DNA of 64,000 nucleotides from Longimicrobiales bacterium (GTDB lineage: Bacteria; Gemmatimonadota; Gemmatimonadetes; Longimicrobiales; Gaopeijiaceae): the NCBI GenBank assembly GCA_965238005.1, contig OZ250165.1:672001-736000 (forward strand), given 5' to 3'. Positions 10,097-20,799 of this stretch are shown piece after piece. Every line of letters begins with the position of its first letter. Position 1 is the stretch's first letter. A program made the position numbers and the translations under genes. A model generated the notes under the pieces. The model did no database searches and was not told the DNA's origin. It saw only the letters and a program-made list of their open reading frames with translations.

Positions 10097-12454
10097 ATGG
10101 ACAAGCGAAGCCTGTCGGAGCGCGACATCTGTACGAAGTTCATCACGCCCGCCCTGCGCGGGGCCGGGTGGGACGAGATGTCGCAGCTTCGCGAGGAGGT
10201 GAGCTTCACCAAGGGCCGCATCATCGTGCGCGGCAAGCTGGTCACGCGCGGTAAGGCCAAGCGCGCCGACTACATCCTGTACTTCAAGCCGAACATCCCG
10301 ATCGCGGTGATCGAGGCGAAGGACAATTCTCACAGCGTCGGCGATGGCATGCAGAAGGCTCTGGATTACGCCGAGACGCTGAACATCCCCTTCGTGTTCT
10401 CTTCGAACGGCGACGGCTTCGTGTTCCACGACCGCACGGGGGCCAGTACGCCTCGTGAGGCAGACCTGCCGCTCGACGCTTTTCCGTCACCAGCCGATCT
10501 GTGGGGGCGCTATCGGACCTGGAAGGGCCTGACGCCGGAAGCCGAGGAGATCGTCCTTCAAGACTATTTCGATGACGGCAGCGGCAAGACGCCGCGCTAC
10601 TACCAGGCCAACGCCATCAACGCGGCGATCGAGGCCATCGCCAAGGGGCAGGACCGCATCCTGCTCGTCATGGCCACGGGCACGGGCAAGACGTACACCG
10701 CCTTCCAGATCATCTGGCGGCTGTGGAAGGCGCGGCGAAAGAAGCGCATCCTGTTCCTCGCCGACCGCAACGTGCTCGTCGATCAGACGATGGCGAACGA
10801 TTTCCGCCCCTTCGGCGGGACGATGACCAAGCTCTCTGGCAATATCGATCCCTCCTACGAGGTCTATCTCGGCCTCTATCAGGCGATCACCGGTCCGGAG
10901 GAACACCAGAAGGCCTACCGGAAGTTCTCGCCGGCGTTTTTCGATCTGATCGTGATCGACGAATGCCACCGGGGCAGTGCCGCCGACGATTCGGCGTGGC
11001 GCGAGATCCTCGAGTACTTCTCCTCCGCAACCCAGATCGGCCTCACCGCCACGCCGAAGGAGACGAAGTACGTCTCCAACATCGCCTACTTCGGAGAGCC
11101 GGTCTTCTCCTACTCCTTGAAGCAGGGCATCCGCGACGGCTTCCTCGCTCCCTACAAGGTGGTCAGGATCCATATCGACCGCGATGTCGAGGGCTACCGT
11201 CCGGAGAAGGGCCAGCTCGACCGCGACGGCGAGGAGGTTGAGGATCGCGTCTACAACGTCAAGGACTTCGACCGTACGCTGGTCATCGCCGAGCGGACGG
11301 CCCTGGTAGCGCGGAAGGTCACGGCGTTCCTGAAGGAGAGCGGCGATCGCTTTCAGAAGGCGATCATCTTTTGCGTCGATCAGGAGCACGCGGCGCGGAT
11401 GCGGCAGGCGCTGATCAACGAGAACGCTGATCTCGTTGACGCAAACTCGCGGTATGTCATGCGGATCACGGGCGGCGACGTGGAGGGGCAGGCCGAGCTC
11501 GGCAACTTCATCGACCCGGAATCGAAATACCCCGTCCTCGTCACCACGTCGCGTCTGCTGTCCACCGGCGTCGATGTGCAGACCTGCCAGTTGATAGTGC
11601 TCGAGCGAGCGGTGGGGTCGATGACCGAGTTCAAACAGATCGTCGGGCGCGGCACCCGCGTGCACGAGGACACCGGCAAGTTCTACTTCACGCTCATCGA
11701 CTTCCGGGGCGCTACTAGTCACTTCGCGGACCCGGAGTACGACGGCGAACCCGTGCAGGTCTACGAGCCGGGAGAAGGCGATCCGATCGACCCACCCGAT
11801 GTGGCGCCTACGGACGACGACGGGCTCGGCGACGACGAGATCGTTATCGATGGAGGGGATCCACCACTGCCCCCGGGGATGGGGCCACAGAAGAAGATCT
11901 ATATCGACGGCGTCGAGGTGGCCATCGTCGGCGAGCGGGTGACATACCTCGACGGCCACGGCAAGTTGGTGACCGAGTCGCTGCGCGACTTCACGAGGAA
12001 GGCCTTGCGCAGGCGCTTCGCGAGCCTTGACGACTTCCTGACCCGTTGGAACGCCGTGGAGCGCAAGCAGGCGATCATCGACGAGATGGCGGCCGAGGGC
12101 CTGCCGTTGACGGTGATCGTCCAAGAGTTGGGGAAGGATCTCGACCCCTTCGATCTCGTCTGTCACATCGCCTTCGACGCCAAGCCGCTGACCCGCCGCG
12201 AGAGGGCCGAGAACGTCAAGAAGCGGGACGTGTTCACGAAATACGGAGGTCAGGTCCGCGCCGTACTCGACGCGTTGCTCGACAAGTACGCCGACGAGGG
12301 CATACTCAATCTCGACGACGCCAACGTGCTTAGGATCCCGCCACTTGACAGCCTCGGCACTCCGGTAGAACTGGTCCGCGCCTTCGGTGGGAAGCCCGGC
12401 TTCGAGCGGGCCGTGCACGATCTTCAATCCGCTCTCTACAGGGATATCGCCTAA
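10097..12454 (+). CDS. hsdR: Type I restriction subunit R (EcoEI/EcoAI-like)
   Basis: RADY...IEAK nuclease motif, MATGTGKT, DECHRG, QIVGRGTR helicase motifs. Confidence 0.95.
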   Translation: MDKRSLSERDICTKFITPALRGAGWDEMSQLREEVSFTKGRIIVRGKLVTRGKAKRADYILYFKPNIPIAVIEAKDNSHSVGDGMQKALDYAETLNIPFVFSSNGDGFVFHDRTGASTPREADLPLDAFPSPADLWGRYRTWKGLTPEAEEIVLQDYFDDGSGKTPRYYQANAINAAIEAIAKGQDRILLVMATGTGKTYTAFQIIWRLWKARRKKRILFLADRNVLVDQTMANDFRPFGGTMTKLSGNIDPSYEVYLGLYQAITGPEEHQKAYRKFSPAFFDLIVIDECHRGSAADDSAWREILEYFSSATQIGLTATPKETKYVSNIAYFGEPVFSYSLKQGIRDGFLAPYKVVRIHIDRDVEGYRPEKGQLDRDGEEVEDRVYNVKDFDRTLVIAERTALVARKVTAFLKESGDRFQKAIIFCVDQEHAARMRQALINENADLVDANSRYVMRITGGDVEGQAELGNFIDPESKYPVLVTTSRLLSTGVDVQTCQLIVLERAVGSMTEFKQIVGRGTRVHEDTGKFYFTLIDFRGATSHFADPEYDGEPVQVYEPGEGDPIDPPDVAPTDDDGLGDDEIVIDGGDPPLPPGMGPQKKIYIDGVEVAIVGERVTYLDGHGKLVTESLRDFTRKALRRRFASLDDFLTRWNAVERKQAIIDEMAAEGLPLTVIVQELGKDLDPFDLVCHIAFDAKPLTRRERAENVKKRDVFTKYGGQVRAVLDALLDKYADEGILNLDDANVLRIPPLDSLGTPVELVRAFGGKPGFERAVHDLQSALYRDIA

Positions 12455-12456
12455 GA

Positions 12457-13908
12457 ATGGCCGTCAGCACCCTCGTCAAATCCATTCAGGACATCATGCG
12501 CCAAGACGTGGGCGTCGATGGCGATGCGCAGCGCATCAGCCAGCTGTGCTGGATGTTCTTCCTCAAGATCATCGACGACCAGGACCAGGAACTCGAGCTT
12601 CTGAAAGACGGCTACCGTTCGCCCGTCCCTGTCCATCTGCAATGGCGGAACTGGGCCGCCGACCCGGAAGGCATGACGGGCGAGGAGCTGCTCGACTTCG
12701 TTAACGGTGATCTCTTTCCGCAGTTGAAGGAACTCCCGCCCAGGGCCGGCCCTCGCGCAAACGTCGTGCGTGACGTGTTCGAGGATGCCTACAACTACAT
12801 GAAGTCCGGCCAGCTGATGCGGCAGGTCGTCAACAAAATCAACGGCATCGACTTCAACAACCTGGCTGAGCGCCGGCACTTCGGCGACATCTACGAGCAG
12901 ATCCTGAACGACCTGCAGTCGGCCGGCAATGCGGGCGAATACTACACGCCGCGCGCCGTGACCTCGTTCATGGCCCAGATGATCAACCCGAAACCGGGCG
13001 AGATGCTGCTCGATCCGGCTTGCGGCACCGGCGGCTTCCTTACCTGCGCCATCCGTCACATGCGCGAACGCTATGTGAAGCGGCCCGAAGACGAGGCAAC
13101 AATGCAGGCCTCCCTGCGTGCCGTGGAGAAGAAGCCGCTGCCCCACATGCTCGCCGTCACGAACATGCTCCTGCACGGCATCGAGGATCCGTCCTTCCTG
13201 CGCCACGACAACACGCTCGCGCGTCCCTACATCTCCTGGGGCCGGGACGAGCGCGTGGACATCGTGCTGACCAATCCGCCTTTCGGCGGCAAGGAGGAGG
13301 ACGGCATCGAGTCGAACTTCCCGAAGCACTTCCAGACGCGCGAGACGGCGGACCTGTTCCTCGCCCTGATCATCCGCCTTCTGAAACCCGGCGGCAGGGC
13401 CGCCGTGGTCCTGCCCGACGGCTCCCTGTTCGGCGAGGGTGTCAAGACCCGGCTCAAGGAGCACCTGATGAGGGAATGCAACCTCCACACCATCGTGCGC
13501 CTGCCGAACTCGGTGTTCCGTCCCTACGCCTCGATCGGGACGAACTTGTTGTTCTTCGAGAAGGGCGAATCGACCAAGGACATCTGGTTCTGGGAACATC
13601 TCGTGCCCGAAGGGCAGAAGGCCTACTCCATGACCCGGCCCATCCGGCTGGAGCATCTGGAAGACTGCGCCGCCTGGTGGGGCGGGACGGAACGCGCGGG
13701 CCGAGAGGTGGGTGATCGCGCCTGGAAGGTGAGCGTCGAGGAGATCAAGGCGCGCGGCTACAACCTCGACATCAAGAATCCCCACGCGGAGGAAGAGGAC
13801 TACGGCGATCCGGAGGCGCTTCTGGAGGAGCTGACAAGCGCCGAGGCTGAGGTGATATCGGTGCGAGACCAGTTGAAGGGCATCTTGACCGAGGCGCTGT
13901 TGCGGTGA
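12457..13908 (+). CDS. hsdM: Type I N6-adenine methyltransferase subunit M
   Basis: GEYYTPR, DPACGTGGF, NPPF. Confidence 0.96.
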   Translation: MAVSTLVKSIQDIMRQDVGVDGDAQRISQLCWMFFLKIIDDQDQELELLKDGYRSPVPVHLQWRNWAADPEGMTGEELLDFVNGDLFPQLKELPPRAGPRANVVRDVFEDAYNYMKSGQLMRQVVNKINGIDFNNLAERRHFGDIYEQILNDLQSAGNAGEYYTPRAVTSFMAQMINPKPGEMLLDPACGTGGFLTCAIRHMRERYVKRPEDEATMQASLRAVEKKPLPHMLAVTNMLLHGIEDPSFLRHDNTLARPYISWGRDERVDIVLTNPPFGGKEEDGIESNFPKHFQTRETADLFLALIIRLLKPGGRAAVVLPDGSLFGEGVKTRLKEHLMRECNLHTIVRLPNSVFRPYASIGTNLLFFEKGESTKDIWFWEHLVPEGQKAYSMTRPIRLEHLEDCAAWWGGTERAGREVGDRAWKVSVEEIKARGYNLDIKNPHAEEEDYGDPEALLEELTSAEAEVISVRDQLKGILTEALLR

Positions 13909-15611
13909 ATGTCGACCGCCTGTTCGCCCTTTACGACCGTGTGGCCGAGGCGCCGGACGCCGTTGGCCGCCTGCGCCGGTTCGTGCTGGACCTCGCCGTG
14001 CGCGGCAAGCTGGTCGAGCAGAATCCGACCGATGAGCCTGCGTCGGATTTGTTGAAGCGGATCACGGCCGCAAAGGCGCGACTGGTGAGGATTGGCAATA
14101 TAAGGAAGCCAAAGCCATCAACCCCGATTGACCGCACGGAGGTCCCTCTTGAAGTGCCAATACACTGGACTTGGATACGGCTAGGCGACATAGGGACGCT
14201 GGCCGGAGGCATGACACCCTCCAAGAACCGACCTGAGTATTGGGATGGAACCGTGACTTGGCTTTCGCCCAAGGACATTAGGGCTGATGCGGTATCTGAC
14301 TCTGAACTAAAGATCACCGAGAAGGCCCTATCGGATACTCGCCTTAAGGTGTTCCCGGTGGGGAGCCTTTTCATGGTCGCCCGAAGCGGGATTCTCAAGC
14401 GAACATTTCCCGTTGCGATTAACCGTGTTCCTGCGGCAAGCAACCAGGATCTGAAGGTGTTGGTTCCTTTCTTGAAGGGTCAAGAACGATATCTACAGGT
14501 AATGTTCCGCGGCTTGACCAATTTTATTCTGAAGGATCTGGTAAAGACAGGGACGACGGTTCAGAGTCTCAAGTACGCGGAGTTCGAAGTCCAGCCAATC
14601 CCTCTCCCGCCTCTCGCAGAGCAGCATCGCATCGTTGCCAAGGTCGATGAGCTCCTAGCGCTCTGCGACCAGTTGGAGGAAACCCGCACTGCCCGTGAGG
14701 ACACCCGCGACCGGCTCACCCTAGCCAGCTTGACCCGCCTGAGCGCACCCGGCACGGATGTCTCGACGTTTCGTTCTCACGCCCGCTTTGCCGTCGATGC
14801 CCTGCCCGCTCTGACAGCCCGCGCCGATCAGGTCAAGCACCTGCGCCAGACCATTCTCAACCTCGCCGTGCGGGGGAAGTTGGTGGAGCAGGATCCCGCT
14901 GACGAGCCAGTGCCTTGCCCGGATCGCGCGATCCATACCAACATAGAGCCCCCGTTTCCGGTCCCATCCAACTGGCGATGGTCGCGCCTTCGCGCCCTTG
15001 GCACTCTCAAAGGCGGCGGAACTCCCTCCAAGGCTCGTGTCGACTTTTGGGGCGGAAGCATACCCTGGGTCTCTCCCAAGGAAATGAAGCGCGACTACAT
15101 CGAAGGAGCGCAGACGCAGATTACGGAGACGGCGCTCGCCGCCTCGGCGGTGAACGTCATCGAACCCGACAGCGTCCTCTTTGTGGTTCGCGGCATGATC
15201 CTCGCACATAGCTTTCCGGTCGCTATTTCTCGGGTTCCGTTGACGATCAACCAAGACATGAAAGCTATCACCTTGAAGTCGCCCGAGATGGCTGAGTATC
15301 TGCTTCGTGCGCTAAAGGCCTTGAAGCCTGAGATGCTGGCTCGAGTTCAGCGATCCAGTCATGGAACATGCCGCATCGCGGGTGCGGACTACCGTGATTT
15401 CATGGTCCCTCTGCCACCGCTCGCCGAACAGCGCCGCATCGTTGCCAAGGTCGATGAACTCATGGCGCTCGGTGAGCAGCTGGAAGCCGGACTCGGTGCT
15501 GCGGATGGCACACGCAGTCGGCTTCTCGATTCCCTTCTCCATGGGTCGCTGGGCTCCCACGATGCCACGATCAATGGAGCGATTGGTGGCGTTGCGAAGG
15601 TCGGTGGATGA
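13905..15611 (+). CDS. hsdS: Type I specificity subunit S
   Basis: Repeated conserved regions (LAVRGKLVEQ; PLPPLAEQxRIVAKVDEL) flanking two TRDs. Confidence 0.95.
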   Translation: MNVDRLFALYDRVAEAPDAVGRLRRFVLDLAVRGKLVEQNPTDEPASDLLKRITAAKARLVRIGNIRKPKPSTPIDRTEVPLEVPIHWTWIRLGDIGTLAGGMTPSKNRPEYWDGTVTWLSPKDIRADAVSDSELKITEKALSDTRLKVFPVGSLFMVARSGILKRTFPVAINRVPAASNQDLKVLVPFLKGQERYLQVMFRGLTNFILKDLVKTGTTVQSLKYAEFEVQPIPLPPLAEQHRIVAKVDELLALCDQLEETRTAREDTRDRLTLASLTRLSAPGTDVSTFRSHARFAVDALPALTARADQVKHLRQTILNLAVRGKLVEQDPADEPVPCPDRAIHTNIEPPFPVPSNWRWSRLRALGTLKGGGTPSKARVDFWGGSIPWVSPKEMKRDYIEGAQTQITETALAASAVNVIEPDSVLFVVRGMILAHSFPVAISRVPLTINQDMKAITLKSPEMAEYLLRALKALKPEMLARVQRSSHGTCRIAGADYRDFMVPLPPLAEQRRIVAKVDELMALGEQLEAGLGAADGTRSRLLDSLLHGSLGSHDATINGAIGGVAKVGG

Positions 15612-16757
15612 CTCGCGTTCCAATACCCCCGAAGATGCTTCGCTGGGCCTGCGAGCGTGCCGGCTACGACGTAGCCCACCTCGCGGCGCGCATCCCGCAG
15701 CTCCCGGCTTGGGTCCGACGCGAAAGGCAGCCGACGCTCAAGCAGCTGGAGAAGCTGGCCAAGGCTACGCATACGCCGCTCGGCTACCTGTTCCTTCCCG
15801 AGCCCCCCGACGAGCACCTTCCGGTTCCCGACTATCGCACCGTGGCGGGTGCCGCCCGAGGCAGGCCGAGCCCCGACCTGCTTGACACGCTCTACACGAT
15901 GCGACGGCGGCAGGAGTGGCTGCGGGAGTCCCTGGTCGAGAACGACGCGGAACCACTGGCGTTCGTTGGAAGTGCCCGCCTAGCCGATGAGCCGGACGCC
16001 GTGGGCCGCGAGATGCGGCGGGCGCTCGGACTCGATGGCGGCTGGGCTGCGGGAGTCCGCACTTGGCAGGACGCCGTGAGCGAATTGCGCCGAACGATCG
16101 AGGACCTGGGCGTGATGGCGGTGATCAACGGCGTGGTGGGGAACAACACGCACCGCCGGCTGAGCGTGGAGGAGTTTCGCGGCTTCGCGCTTACCGACCC
16201 CTACGCGCCTCTTATCTTCGTGAACGGCGCGGACGCGAAGTCGGCGCAGATGTTCACGCTCGCTCACGAGTTGGCGCACGGTCTGGCTTGGGACGGAAGG
16301 GCTCTCCGGCTTCCAGGCCCTACTGCCCGGCGGTTCGGACGTGGAGGACTGGTGCAACGCGGCGGCAGCGGAGTTGCTCGTGCCGGCGAGGGAGCTAAGG
16401 GAGCGGTGGGGGGAAGTCGGGCAGGGAACGAGTCGCTTCGAGACGCTTGCCCTAGGGTTCAAGGTCAGCCCAATCGTCGCGTCCCGTCGAGCCCTCGACC
16501 TGAACCTCGTTGAACGGAGCACCTTCTTCGAATTCTACGAGCGCTACGTCAGTCGCGAGGGTGGCGGTGGCAGGACACCGGCCGGGGGCGATTTCTATAA
16601 CAACCAGAACACCCGCGTCGGGGAACTCTTTGCGACCCGGGTGCTGCGCGCGGCGATGGAGGGGCACATCGGCTTCAAGGAAGCCTATGACCTGACGGGG
16701 CTGCGTGGAGGAACGTTCCAGCGATACGCCAGTCGGCTGGGCGTGGATCTCCCATGA
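15608..16757 (+). pseudogene. HTH plus ImmA/IrrE metallopeptidase, frameshift near 16279
   Basis: HTH N-terminus and FTLAHELAH; continues in another frame as EDWCNAAAAELLVP. Confidence 0.85.
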
Positions 16758-17245
16758 TGGGCGACCGGACCTACCTCGTGGATTCGGACGTGTTCATCAC
16801 GGCGAAGAACCTCTACTACTCGTTCGATCTCTGCCCCGGCTTCTGGAAGAGCGTGCTTCACCGCCACCGGGAGGGCCGGGTCTTCAGCGTCGACAGGGTT
16901 CGCAGTGAACTCCTTGCGGGGAGCAAGACGGATGACCTCGTCCGGTGGGTGAGAGACACAGTCCCGGACGATTTCTTCCTGCCCGTGGACACCGAGGCGG
17001 TGCTGCGCGCCTATACGGACGTCATGATCTGGGTTCAGCGTCATCCAAGGTACTTCGACCATGCGAAGGCGAAATTTGCGACCGGCGCCGACGGCTGGCT
17101 GGTCGCCTATGCGCGGGTTCATGGCGCGACCGTCGTGACGAACGAGCAGAGAGCGCCGGAATCCAGAAAGGAGATCAAGCTCCCGGATGTATGCGATCGG
17201 TTCGGTCCCCCCGTCGAGGCGGCAGGCACCCAGATCCCCTGTTGA
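16754..17245 (+). CDS. DUF4411 PIN-like protein, C-terminus probably replaced after about 17206
   Basis: YLVDSDVFITAKNLYY, ADGWLVAYA, VVTNE, IKLPDVC; typical partner of ImmA/IrrE genes. Confidence 0.8.
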   Translation: MMGDRTYLVDSDVFITAKNLYYSFDLCPGFWKSVLHRHREGRVFSVDRVRSELLAGSKTDDLVRWVRDTVPDDFFLPVDTEAVLRAYTDVMIWVQRHPRYFDHAKAKFATGADGWLVAYARVHGATVVTNEQRAPESRKEIKLPDVCDRFGPPVEAAGTQIPC

Positions 17246-17363
17246 CCCAGTCGCGCAGGCGATGGTTCCGACGGTCTCTGACCATACGTGGAGCGTACCG
17301 GTCGACGTGCTGCCGTACCTCGGTAAAGCCAGATTCGCGGCGGTGGTGGATGATCCGCTTGGA

Positions 17364-18644
17364 TCAGACCGTCGCCAGCGTGCGTAGAGCGCGCTGCACG
17401 CTACTCTGGGAGCTTGCTGGGGACGCAACGTCGAACGGCACGAAGACGAGCTTCAGGCCGTCGAAGAACCGGGCGGTGAACGGGCTGGTGAAGGCGCCGC
17501 TCCGGGGGTAGACCAGGGCCACGGCCCGGCACTCGTACAGCTTGCCGTAGGCGTAGAGCTGGTACAGGTCGGAGCTGACGATGTCGTGGATCCGGCCGGA
17601 TCCTCCCCTGCCGATGTGCTTCCACTTGGCGTCGAGGATGAACCGGACGGCGTTGGGGGGGTCGCGGAGCGAAATGTCCGGCTTCATCGCGAACACGCGC
17701 TTGCCGCCGATCGAGGCGATGTGCTTCCGTGGCCCTTGGGCGACCACCTGATACTCGGCTTGGTGGCGACGAAAGCTGTGGGTCACGAAGTCCTCGTACA
17801 CTTCCTCCATGGGGAAGAGCAGCGACTGATTGACGTGTCTGCCGGACCAGGTCGCAAGCCCCCGGTTGAAGAGGAAGAGGTCAACCCACTGCATGACCCG
17901 GCCGTAGTGCTGCATGGAGCGATCTATGCTGTGGCTGCGCCAGTCCGCGCGCGGGTCTCGGGTCGCCGGCACCCCGCTGAACGCCGGCCCAAGGTCCGCA
18001 AGCAGCCGCCGGTTGCGTTCGTTGCGCACGATGGGCTTGAGCCTGTCGAGGGTGGTGCGGATGAGCCGGTTGGCGGGGCGGTTGGGGCTCAGCTCGTCGT
18101 GTTCCACGTAGAAGCGTGAACGGTCGATCTGGTTCTCGCGCAGGTGATGCCGGAAGGCGATGCGGCCGCGCAGGAAGGGCAGATTCTCTTGGGTCGCCAC
18201 GTACCGTCGGCCGAGGCCGCCTCGAACCAGCAGGCTGACGTTTTCCAGGAAGAGTCGGACAAATACCTCGAGCATGGGAAAGCGCCGCAGCGTCCGAATG
18301 GCGCTGGGAGGGAGGTTCGCTGCCCTCTTCAGGCCGCGGTAGGCGCGCAGCATCGTTAGGAATGCCTCGCGAGTCTGCTCGTGGCCCGCGTACGCGACCC
18401 CGCCAAAGTCGATCTTGGGCAGGATCTCGACGACTGTGCCGCGCTTCGTGGTGATCGTGCCAACGTAGTTGCTCGCGTGGAGTCTGCCACTCCGGCCAAA
18501 GTGAAGGACCGGGCCGTATCCGTGTTCCTGAAACGCACGTGCATTGTCGTGCGCGAAGGCCTTCAGATCCTCCAGATCGCGCCTGTCGAGCCCGAGTCTG
18601 ATGCGGAACTGCTCGTACTCCCGAATGGTGTAAACACTAGGCAT
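17364..18644 (-). CDS. mcrC: McrC-family nuclease subunit (system 1)
   Basis: FPMEEVYEDFV, KPDI, ILDAKWK, DLYQLYAY. Confidence 0.92.
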   Translation of the reverse strand: MPSVYTIREYEQFRIRLGLDRRDLEDLKAFAHDNARAFQEHGYGPVLHFGRSGRLHASNYVGTITTKRGTVVEILPKIDFGGVAYAGHEQTREAFLTMLRAYRGLKRAANLPPSAIRTLRRFPMLEVFVRLFLENVSLLVRGGLGRRYVATQENLPFLRGRIAFRHHLRENQIDRSRFYVEHDELSPNRPANRLIRTTLDRLKPIVRNERNRRLLADLGPAFSGVPATRDPRADWRSHSIDRSMQHYGRVMQWVDLFLFNRGLATWSGRHVNQSLLFPMEEVYEDFVTHSFRRHQAEYQVVAQGPRKHIASIGGKRVFAMKPDISLRDPPNAVRFILDAKWKHIGRGGSGRIHDIVSSDLYQLYAYGKLYECRAVALVYPRSGAFTSPFTARFFDGLKLVFVPFDVASPASSQSSVQRALRTLATV

Positions 18645-20799
18645 CGATTCGAGACTGATCGTCGCCGGTGTCGGGATTCTCGTCCTGCCGCGGGTTACCA
18701 CCGACTGAGGCGCTCTCGTCGTATATGCGCCGGTACTGGACCGGATCCCGCCACTCCTTCGCCGTCGTAGGAAGCACCTCGTGGATGGCGGTGTCCGGAT
18801 CCAGCAGGCCCTCGTCCACCAGGCCGGACGCGTGCTCGCCGTCCTTCTTCACGACGACGAAAGCCGCGCCGCCCAGCACATGCCGGACCTTCGACCAGTC
18901 GTCGTAGAAGTACTCCAGCAAGAGGGGGAGGATGGCCATTCGGAACTTGTCGGCCAGCGATTCGACATCGTTCACGTTGAAGAGGTAGGTGTGGCCGATC
19001 TGGCGTTCGCGATCCAGGAGCAGCGAGATGCGCCCGTTGATCGCCTTCAGCATCTTGCGAAGGTCGATACCGGCGACGCTATCCGCGATGAGCGGATGAT
19101 CCGGGTTGGGCATCATCTCCACGTGGTCGAACCTGCGCCGTAGGGCGGTGTCGAGAGGAAGAATGGAGCGGTCGGCCGTGTTCATGGTGCCGATGATGTG
19201 CAGGTTGCCCGGAACTCCGAAGCGGTCGCCGGAATAGGGCAACGTGACGGTCGTCTCGTCTTCCTGGCCGAAGCGGCGGGACGGTTCGATCAGCGTGATG
19301 AGCTCGCCGAGGATCTTTGGGATGTTGCCCCGATTGATCTCGTCGATGATGAGGACGTAGGGGCGGTCGGGATCGGCCAGAGCCGCGTCCGCGATTGACC
19401 TGAAAATTCCGGGCCGGAGTTCGTAGCCGATGTCACCGCCCTTCCCGAGCCGGGGCCGGATGCCTTCCACGAAGTCCTCGTAGGAATAGTTCTGGTGGAA
19501 GGTGACCATGGCGATCTGGCCGGTCGCATCCATGGGATTGAAGCGGAGACTGCGGAATTCGGTGCGGTGTTCCTCATTGACTTCATCCGCCTCGATCCCC
19601 TTCACGATGGCCATGGCAAGAGTGGTCGTGCTATAGGTCTTGCCGGTGCCGGGTGGGCCGTAGAGGATTTGGTTGAGCTGGTGGACGGCGGTGGGTGTGG
19701 CGCCGTCCGGTGGTGGCAGCAAATCCACGGTCGCCGAATAGGCGGCGCATTTGGCGAAGGCCTCGTAGGTGCCGCGGCCAGCTCTCGAAAAACGGACCGC
19801 CGGAATGTCGACGGACAGGGGCGCCTGCTTCTTGTTCACCCACAGCACGTGTATTCGACTGTTCCGATGTAGCCGCTCGCTGTAATCGTTACGGTACACG
19901 ATCCCGATCCCACGCCCTTCCTGTCTCCCCGAGCGGACAAGAACGACATCGCCGGGCATGGGTTCGTCGAGCCGGTAATCTTGCTTGAGCCCTGGGAGCA
20001 CCTCGTCTTCCGCAGGCGGTTGCTTGTCTCCGTGTCCACCATGGTAGGCCCAGTTGTTTTCAAGGAAATCGGGCCACCTGTCTTCACTAGCGCTGATCTG
20101 ATACCAGCGATTGCCTTCGCGCGGAAGGGTTCCGCTCGTCCACAGGTAACCGAAGATGTTGATCTCGTAGCACTCGCAGCCGGGGAACGCGGTCTGCACC
20201 GTGCCCATTTCGTCGACGTACTCAGCCCAGGAAATCTCGGCTGGGGACGTGATGAACCTACCGATACCCAGCGGCAATACGGCCTTCGTGTCAAAGGGCA
20301 GAAACGATCTCGGATTGATCAGAAAGAGGACTTGCGTGAGTTTTGGGACACGGACTCCGTTGATCTGCAACATCTTGGCGAAGGTGTCGGCCCTAACGGC
20401 ACCGTACGATGTACCATCGAGGGCGCGCGCTTGGTTGAACATCTCCCAAAGAAGCTCAGGATTAGCTCCGCTGTTGTTGAACCTCACCGCCATCGCGGGC
20501 GGAGTCGGAAGGATAAAGCCGTCGTCGAAGCTGTGGTCGAGGTCGCTCTCGATCCCGAACACTTCCGCGACGCTCCCGTAGATCGTCCCCCTCTTCTCCG
20601 CCTTGCCGCCCGCGATCGACGCAAGATGGTAGAAGAACGTCAGCGGGTCGGCGTTGTCCTCCCCGTTTGCGAGCACGTGGCACGTCCCCCCCACCCAATC
20701 CACCTTCTTCGCCCTCGCCACGAGCCCCTTCCGTCCACCCTCCCCCACCTCTTGGGCTAGCTCCCCAAACCACGGTACCCATTGGAACAGCTCCTTCAT
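18637..20799 (-). CDS. mcrB: McrB-family AAA+ GTPase (system 1) with a ~370 aa unassigned N-terminus
   Basis: GPPGTGKT, TFHQNYSYEDF, DEINRGN, MNTADRS. Confidence 0.93.
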   Translation of the reverse strand: MKELFQWVPWFGELAQEVGEGGRKGLVARAKKVDWVGGTCHVLANGEDNADPLTFFYHLASIAGGKAEKRGTIYGSVAEVFGIESDLDHSFDDGFILPTPPAMAVRFNNSGANPELLWEMFNQARALDGTSYGAVRADTFAKMLQINGVRVPKLTQVLFLINPRSFLPFDTKAVLPLGIGRFITSPAEISWAEYVDEMGTVQTAFPGCECYEINIFGYLWTSGTLPREGNRWYQISASEDRWPDFLENNWAYHGGHGDKQPPAEDEVLPGLKQDYRLDEPMPGDVVLVRSGRQEGRGIGIVYRNDYSERLHRNSRIHVLWVNKKQAPLSVDIPAVRFSRAGRGTYEAFAKCAAYSATVDLLPPPDGATPTAVHQLNQILYGPPGTGKTYSTTTLAMAIVKGIEADEVNEEHRTEFRSLRFNPMDATGQIAMVTFHQNYSYEDFVEGIRPRLGKGGDIGYELRPGIFRSIADAALADPDRPYVLIIDEINRGNIPKILGELITLIEPSRRFGQEDETTVTLPYSGDRFGVPGNLHIIGTMNTADRSILPLDTALRRRFDHVEMMPNPDHPLIADSVAGIDLRKMLKAINGRISLLLDRERQIGHTYLFNVNDVESLADKFRMAILPLLLEYFYDDWSKVRHVLGGAAFVVVKKDGEHASGLVDEGLLDPDTAIHEVLPTTAKEWRDPVQYRRIYDESASVGGNPRQDENPDTGDDQSRIDA

